Positions 6,952-10,934 of a stretch of 10,934 nucleotides of DNA are shown piece by piece. This stretch comes from Vulcanimicrobiota bacterium (GTDB taxonomy: Bacteria > Vulcanimicrobiota > Vulcanimicrobiia > Vulcanimicrobiales > Vulcanimicrobiaceae): the NCBI GenBank assembly GCA_003133025.1, contig PKZK01000135.1:4455-15388 (forward strand), written 5' to 3'. The position numbers were made by a program, and so were the translations under genes. Positions within the stretch are counted from its first letter, which is position 1. Each line of letters opens with the position of its first letter. Below the pieces are notes generated by a model. That model was not told where the DNA came from. It saw nothing but the letters and a program-made list of their open reading frames with translations, and did not search any database.

Positions 6952-7767
6952 TCAGCGCACGGGCGTTACGTGACGCACGGCGCAGGCCACGAGCAAGACG
7001 ATGCCCGCCGTCGTACACGTGCCGAGCGCGACCACCGAGGCTTCGAGGCCGAAAGCGCCGCCGGTCAGCGCGACCGGTCCGCTCAGCGTGCCGAGGATGA
7101 GGCCGGGCGCCGCCGAGCCCGAGACGGGCGTGCTGAAGATCGTGCCCTCGGCGAAATTCCAGCCCAGATGAATGCCGATCGGAAACCACAGGTTTCCGCT
7201 CAGCCAAAACGCGGCGCCCAGTAGGAGGCCGGCTTCAGCAGCGATCGCGGCCGAACTGAAGGGCGTGGCGTGCGGATTGGCCGCGTGCGCGAAGCCGAAA
7301 ACGAGCGAGGTGATACCGATCGCAGCCCACGCGTTCCAGCCCGCGATCCAGCGAAAGAGATAGCCGCGGAAGAGCACTTCCTCGACGACCGCGGTCGCGA
7401 GCGCGCCCGCCGCAGCGGCGGCGAGGTCGACGGGCACCGGGGACGGGCCTTGCAGATGGTACGCGCCGAGCAGCGCGAGCGAGAACATGACGAGCGCGAT
7501 CAGCGCGATGCCGCCGAGCACCCCGCCCGCGAACCAGGGCAGACCGGCGGGCGCGAGTTCGACGGGCAGGCGGCGTTCGAGATAACGCGTGTGCAGCCAG
7601 TACACCCCGCCCGCCCCGAGCGCCACGCAGAGCGCGACGACGAGCGGCGGCAGACCGTGCATGACGGTCTGCACGACGACGGCCACGATAACGACCGACA
7701 CCGGACCGAGCGCCGCCGCGAAGAAACGCAGGACGCGTTCGCCCGCGCCGCTCGCGGCGACGCTCAC
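6952..7767 (-). CDS. CPBP family (CAAX/Abi, Rce1-like) intramembrane glutamic endopeptidase, 271 aa
   Basis: Motifs EEVLFRG (EExxxR), FGFAH (FxxxH) and HLGWN (HxxxN) with multiple TM helices. Start GTG at 7767 overlaps the ALDH stop (GTGA). The upstream 233 aa of the track ORF lie inside the ALDH gene. Confidence 0.92.
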   Translation of the reverse strand: MSVAASGAGERVLRFFAAALGPVSVVIVAVVVQTVMHGLPPLVVALCVALGAGGVYWLHTRYLERRLPVELAPAGLPWFAGGVLGGIALIALVMFSLALLGAYHLQGPSPVPVDLAAAAAGALATAVVEEVLFRGYLFRWIAGWNAWAAIGITSLVFGFAHAANPHATPFSSAAIAAEAGLLLGAAFWLSGNLWFPIGIHLGWNFAEGTIFSTPVSGSAAPGLILGTLSGPVALTGGAFGLEASVVALGTCTTAGIVLLVACAVRHVTPVR

Positions 7768-9194
7768 GGCAGACGGTCGAGGGCTTTGAGCAGCAGCCGC
7801 GCTTTGGGCCCGTACGGCGGATACAAGAGCGACAGCGCGCTGCGCTTCGCCTGACGGAAGACCGCGCGCTCGTGCGAGAAGGCGCGGAACCCGAAGACCC
7901 CGTGGTAATTGCCCGCGCCGCTCTCGCCCACGCCGCCGAAAGGCAGATGCTCGTTGGCTAGCTGGATCACCACATCGTCGAGTGCGACGCCGCCCGACGA
8001 CGTCGCCTCGACGATCGGTTCGGTTTCCGCCGACGGACCGAAGGCGTAAAGCGCCAGCGGTTTGGGCCGCAGGTTGACCTTGGCGATCGCGTCGTCGATC
8101 GAGCGGTAGGTCAACACCGGCAGCACCGGTCCGAAGATCTCCTCCGACATGATCGGCGCGTCGAAGCCCGCGCCGGTCACGATCGTCGGCGCGATGTAGC
8201 GACGCTCGCGATCGCGTTGGCCCCCGAGCACGATGCGCGCGCCGGCAGCCACGCTCGCATCGAGCAGGTTGACGATGCGCTCGAACGCGGCGTCGTCGAC
8301 GATCCGGCACAGATCGGGATTGATGCTGCGCGCCGATTCGGTCTTGCCGTACATGCGCTCGACCGCGGCGATCGTTTCGGCCAGAAACCGCTCGGCCAGC
8401 ATCTCGTGCACGAGCACGTAATCCGGCGCGACGCAGGTTTGGCCCGCGTTGATGAACTTGCCCCACGCGATGCGCTCGCCCGCAATCGCGGGATCGGCGT
8501 GTTCGGTTACGAATGCGGGCGATTTACCGCCGAGTTCGAGCGTGACGCTGGCCAGATGCTCGGCCGCGGCGCGCATCACGATCTTGCCCACGCGCGTGCT
8601 GCCGGTAAAGAAGATGTGATCGAAGGGAAAGGTCAGGAGCCGTTCGGCCGTGTCGATGTCGCCGCCGGCGAAGGCCACGTCTTCCGCCGCAAACGCCTCG
8701 TGCACGATCGTTTCGATCGCGGCCGCCGTGCGCGGCGTCTTCTCCGAGGGTCGCAGGATCACGCGATTCCCTGCGGCGAGCGCGGCGACCAGCGGCACGA
8801 TGGCCAAATAAAACGGGTAGTTCCAGGGCGCCAAGATCAGCGCGACGCCCTTGGGCTCGTACCGCACCTCGCTGCGCGCGCCGGCGAGTTTGAGCGGGGT
8901 CGGCACCTTTTCGGGACGCGCCCAGGCCGAGAGCGAGCGCCGCGCGTAACGCAGTTCGGCGAGCGCCGGACCGATCTCGGTCAGTTCGGTTTCCTCGGGC
9001 GCTTTGCCGAAGTCGCCGGCGAGCGCCGCGACGATGTCCTTCCGGTGCTTGCGGATGGCGCGTTCGAGCGCGTCGAGCCGCGCGCGCCGGCCGGCGAGCG
9101 GCGGGTAGGGCTGAGCCCGGTAGCGCCTGCGCTGCGCTTCGAAGGCGGCGCGCAGTTCGTCGCTGGAAGGGTTGGCCATCGGCGCCGAGATCAT
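7764..9194 (-). CDS. NAD(P)+-dependent aldehyde dehydrogenase, ALDH3/AlkH-like, 476 aa
   Basis: PWNYPF, FFTGSTRVG, LELGGKSP (catalytic Glu), NAGQTCVAPDY (catalytic Cys), EEIFGPVLP, PFGGVGESGAGNYHG and C-terminal YPPY typical of family 3. Start ATG 9194 overlaps the SBP stop (ATGA). Alternative start ATG 9179. Confidence 0.96.
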   Translation of the reverse strand: MISAPMANPSSDELRAAFEAQRRRYRAQPYPPLAGRRARLDALERAIRKHRKDIVAALAGDFGKAPEETELTEIGPALAELRYARRSLSAWARPEKVPTPLKLAGARSEVRYEPKGVALILAPWNYPFYLAIVPLVAALAAGNRVILRPSEKTPRTAAAIETIVHEAFAAEDVAFAGGDIDTAERLLTFPFDHIFFTGSTRVGKIVMRAAAEHLASVTLELGGKSPAFVTEHADPAIAGERIAWGKFINAGQTCVAPDYVLVHEMLAERFLAETIAAVERMYGKTESARSINPDLCRIVDDAAFERIVNLLDASVAAGARIVLGGQRDRERRYIAPTIVTGAGFDAPIMSEEIFGPVLPVLTYRSIDDAIAKVNLRPKPLALYAFGPSAETEPIVEATSSGGVALDDVVIQLANEHLPFGGVGESGAGNYHGVFGFRAFSHERAVFRQAKRSALSLLYPPYGPKARLLLKALDRLP

Positions 9195-10786
9195 CGGAGA
9201 CTCCAGTCGTAGGCGTTCCACGTCGGTGAGAACGCGTTCGGTGCGAAGCCGTGCAAACGCTTGCGGTACGCGTAGACGTAGCTGGGATTGAACAAATAGA
9301 TGATGGGCACGTCGTGCGCGACGATCCGGTCGATCGCGCGATAGGCCGCACGCCGCGCGTCGCGGCCGGTTGCGGCAATGGCCGCCGACTCCAAGCGCTC
9401 GACGCGCGGATCGCAGTAGCGCATGTAGTTCTTCGCGGCCGCCGAGCAACCGTAGAGAAAGCGATCGTCGGGATCGGCGCCCATCGACCAAGGCACGTAA
9501 GCCACATCGAAGGCGCCGCTCGCCAGCACGCCGGTTTGGGGCAGGAAGAGCTGCGCGTTCGAGATCGACTTGAGCGTGACGTCGACGCCGCGCTCTTCCA
9601 ACTCGCGTTGCGCAACGGTCGCCACGCGCACGCCGGTCGTCGTTTCGGGAAACTGCACGTAGGTGAGTGCGAGGCTGCGGCCGTCCTTACGGCGCTTGCC
9701 GTCGGGGCCGCGCCGCCAGCCCGCCGCATCGAAGGCCGCATCGGCCGCGCGCGGATCGAAGGGCGGCTGCAGGATGCTCGCATCGTAAGCCCAGGAGAAA
9801 CGTGGCCGGTCGGAATCGGCCACCGGATATTTGCCCAGCGTTATCTTGGCGCTGATGCCGCCGCGATCGAGCGATGCGGCGAGCGCCCGGCGCACGCGCG
9901 GATCGTCGAACGGCGGGTGCGTGGTATTGAGCGCAAGGCCCGCGATCAACGCGGTCGCAACGCTGGTGAAGGCGATGCCGTCGACGCCCGCGAGCACGGC
10001 CTGCTGCGACGGCGCGATCAGGTTGAAGTCGAGGCTGTCCGAACGCAAGAGCGTCAGATTGGTTTGCGGATCGGGCACGATCCCGATCTCGAGCCGCTCC
10101 ACTTTGGGTCGCCCGCGCCAATAGAGCGGATTCGCGCGATAGGTCAGGCGGTCGCCGCGGCGCCACTCGACGAACGCGAAGGGCCCGTCGCCGACGCTCG
10201 GCGCCGCGCCGAAGGCCGCCCGGTCGAGCGGGCCCTGGTGCGCCAGCACGTGTTCGGGCAGCACGTACTGCGGCGAGGTGCCGTACGCGAAAAACGTCGC
10301 AACGGCGGGCGCCCAGGCTCGTTTGAGATGCACGCGCACGGTCAGTGGATCGGGCGCGGTCGCCGCATCGATCAGCTCGTAGCCCTCACGCGAGCCGACG
10401 GGATTGGCCGGATCGAGGATGGCGTGCAGCGTGAAGAGCACGTCGCGCGCGGTCAGGGGCACGCCGTCGCTCCAGCGCACGCCACGCCGGAGGTGGTAGA
10501 CGATCGTCCGGCCGTCGGGCGAGATGCCGCCGTTGGCTGCGGTCGGGATCGTCGCCAGCAGTTCGGGCACGGGCCGGCCGCTCGGATCGAGGTCGAAGAA
10601 CGGCTCGAAGACCAGGTGGGCCAACTGCTGCTCGACGTTGGCCGCGTCGGCGTGGGCGAACAGGGGATCGAGCGTGCCCGGGTCGGCCGCAACGTTAAAA
10701 CGCAGGGGCGGCGGCCCCGCTGCCGGGGCGGGGCCGCGGAGGCCGAGCGCGAGGAGCAGGGCGATGAGGGCGAAAGCCGGGCGCAC
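9191..10786 (-). CDS. ABC transporter substrate-binding protein, family 5 (peptide/nickel type), 531 aa
   Basis: DPGTLDP, PELLATIPTAANGGISPDGRTIVYHLRRGVRWSDGVPLTARDVLFT, VGDGPF, ANPLYWRGRPK, PPFDDPRVRRALA, NYMRYCDPRV and terminal WNAYDW. Signal peptide VRPAFALIALLLALGLRGPAPA follows an SD-like gaagggg, favouring GTG 10786 over ATG 10879. Confidence 0.93.
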   Translation of the reverse strand: MRPAFALIALLLALGLRGPAPAAGPPPLRFNVAADPGTLDPLFAHADAANVEQQLAHLVFEPFFDLDPSGRPVPELLATIPTAANGGISPDGRTIVYHLRRGVRWSDGVPLTARDVLFTLHAILDPANPVGSREGYELIDAATAPDPLTVRVHLKRAWAPAVATFFAYGTSPQYVLPEHVLAHQGPLDRAAFGAAPSVGDGPFAFVEWRRGDRLTYRANPLYWRGRPKVERLEIGIVPDPQTNLTLLRSDSLDFNLIAPSQQAVLAGVDGIAFTSVATALIAGLALNTTHPPFDDPRVRRALAASLDRGGISAKITLGKYPVADSDRPRFSWAYDASILQPPFDPRAADAAFDAAGWRRGPDGKRRKDGRSLALTYVQFPETTTGVRVATVAQRELEERGVDVTLKSISNAQLFLPQTGVLASGAFDVAYVPWSMGADPDDRFLYGCSAAAKNYMRYCDPRVERLESAAIAATGRDARRAAYRAIDRIVAHDVPIIYLFNPSYVYAYRKRLHGFAPNAFSPTWNAYDWSLR

Positions 10787-10880
10787 CGCCACCCCTTCGC
10801 ACGGCCGCGGACGGCGCCCCCCGGACGGAACAAAGCTCGGCCGCCCGCCGGCAAATCCCCGGATTTTCTCCGTATTCATC

Positions 10881-10908
10881 TTGTAATCGCCGGATGAAAT
10901 GGTATACT
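10881..10908 (+). promoter_or_regulatory. Putative sigma70-type promoter firing rightwards out of the window
   Basis: -35 TTGTAA (10881-10886), 16-nt spacer, extended -10 TGgTATACT (10900-10908), in a locally AT-rich intergenic stretch. Confidence 0.55.
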
Positions 10909-10934
10909 CTTTGGCATTCCAACGAACCGAAATT

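Noticed and set aside
4094..7767. PLD, ABC and Abi/CPBP genes as an anti-phage defence locus
   Set aside because: The PLD has two HKD motifs and no helicase or restriction partner, the ABC is a membrane exporter, and the 'Abi' label for CPBP proteases does not imply abortive infection; no mobility or compositional anomaly is visible.
7768..8466. Apparent 233-aa N-terminal extension of the CPBP protease (a possible fusion or overlap)
   Set aside because: Lies within the ALDH gene in another frame and is R-rich; the GTGA overlap at 7764-7767 gives a natural start.
9195..9491. N-terminal extension of the ALDH ORF (likewise 5830-5946 for the PLD and 10787-10879 for the SBP)
   Set aside because: Extensions overlap neighbouring genes or promoter DNA and lack family features; better starts exist at 9194, 5947 and 10786.
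9251..10897. 548-aa antisense ORF over the SBP gene (also 8217-9212, 8524-9783 and 4610-5566)
   Set aside because: Stop-codon-poor alternative frames caused by GC3 bias; no recognisable domains.

Overview
High-GC chromosomal window from a diderm bacterium (it encodes an outer-membrane TonB-dependent receptor). The gene styles are reminiscent of Eremiobacterota/Vulcanimicrobiota, but that is only an impression. Layout: (i) the 5' part of a fumarylacetoacetate-hydrolase-family gene on the minus strand (542 to <1, absent from the ORF track) with a Tat-like leader; (ii) a plus-strand run of an uncharacterised multi-pass membrane protein ending in an RAPP motif, a TonB-dependent receptor, an MsbA-like ABC exporter and a two-HKD phospholipase D-family protein; (iii) a convergent minus-strand operon of a family-5 ABC substrate-binding protein, an ALDH3/AlkH-like aldehyde dehydrogenase and a CPBP intramembrane protease, linked by ATGA/GTGA overlaps; (iv) an AT-rich right end with a sigma70-like promoter and two short palindromes. 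The best candidate for an undescribed system is at 601-1330: a membrane-embedded, RAPP-type ribosome-arrest leader. Its post-RAPP codons are complementary (10 of 11 nt) to the Shine-Dalgarno region of the downstream receptor, suggesting translational attenuation of an outer-membrane uptake gene, possibly sensing a metal or other ligand. I saw no RNA genes, mobile elements or CRISPR arrays.
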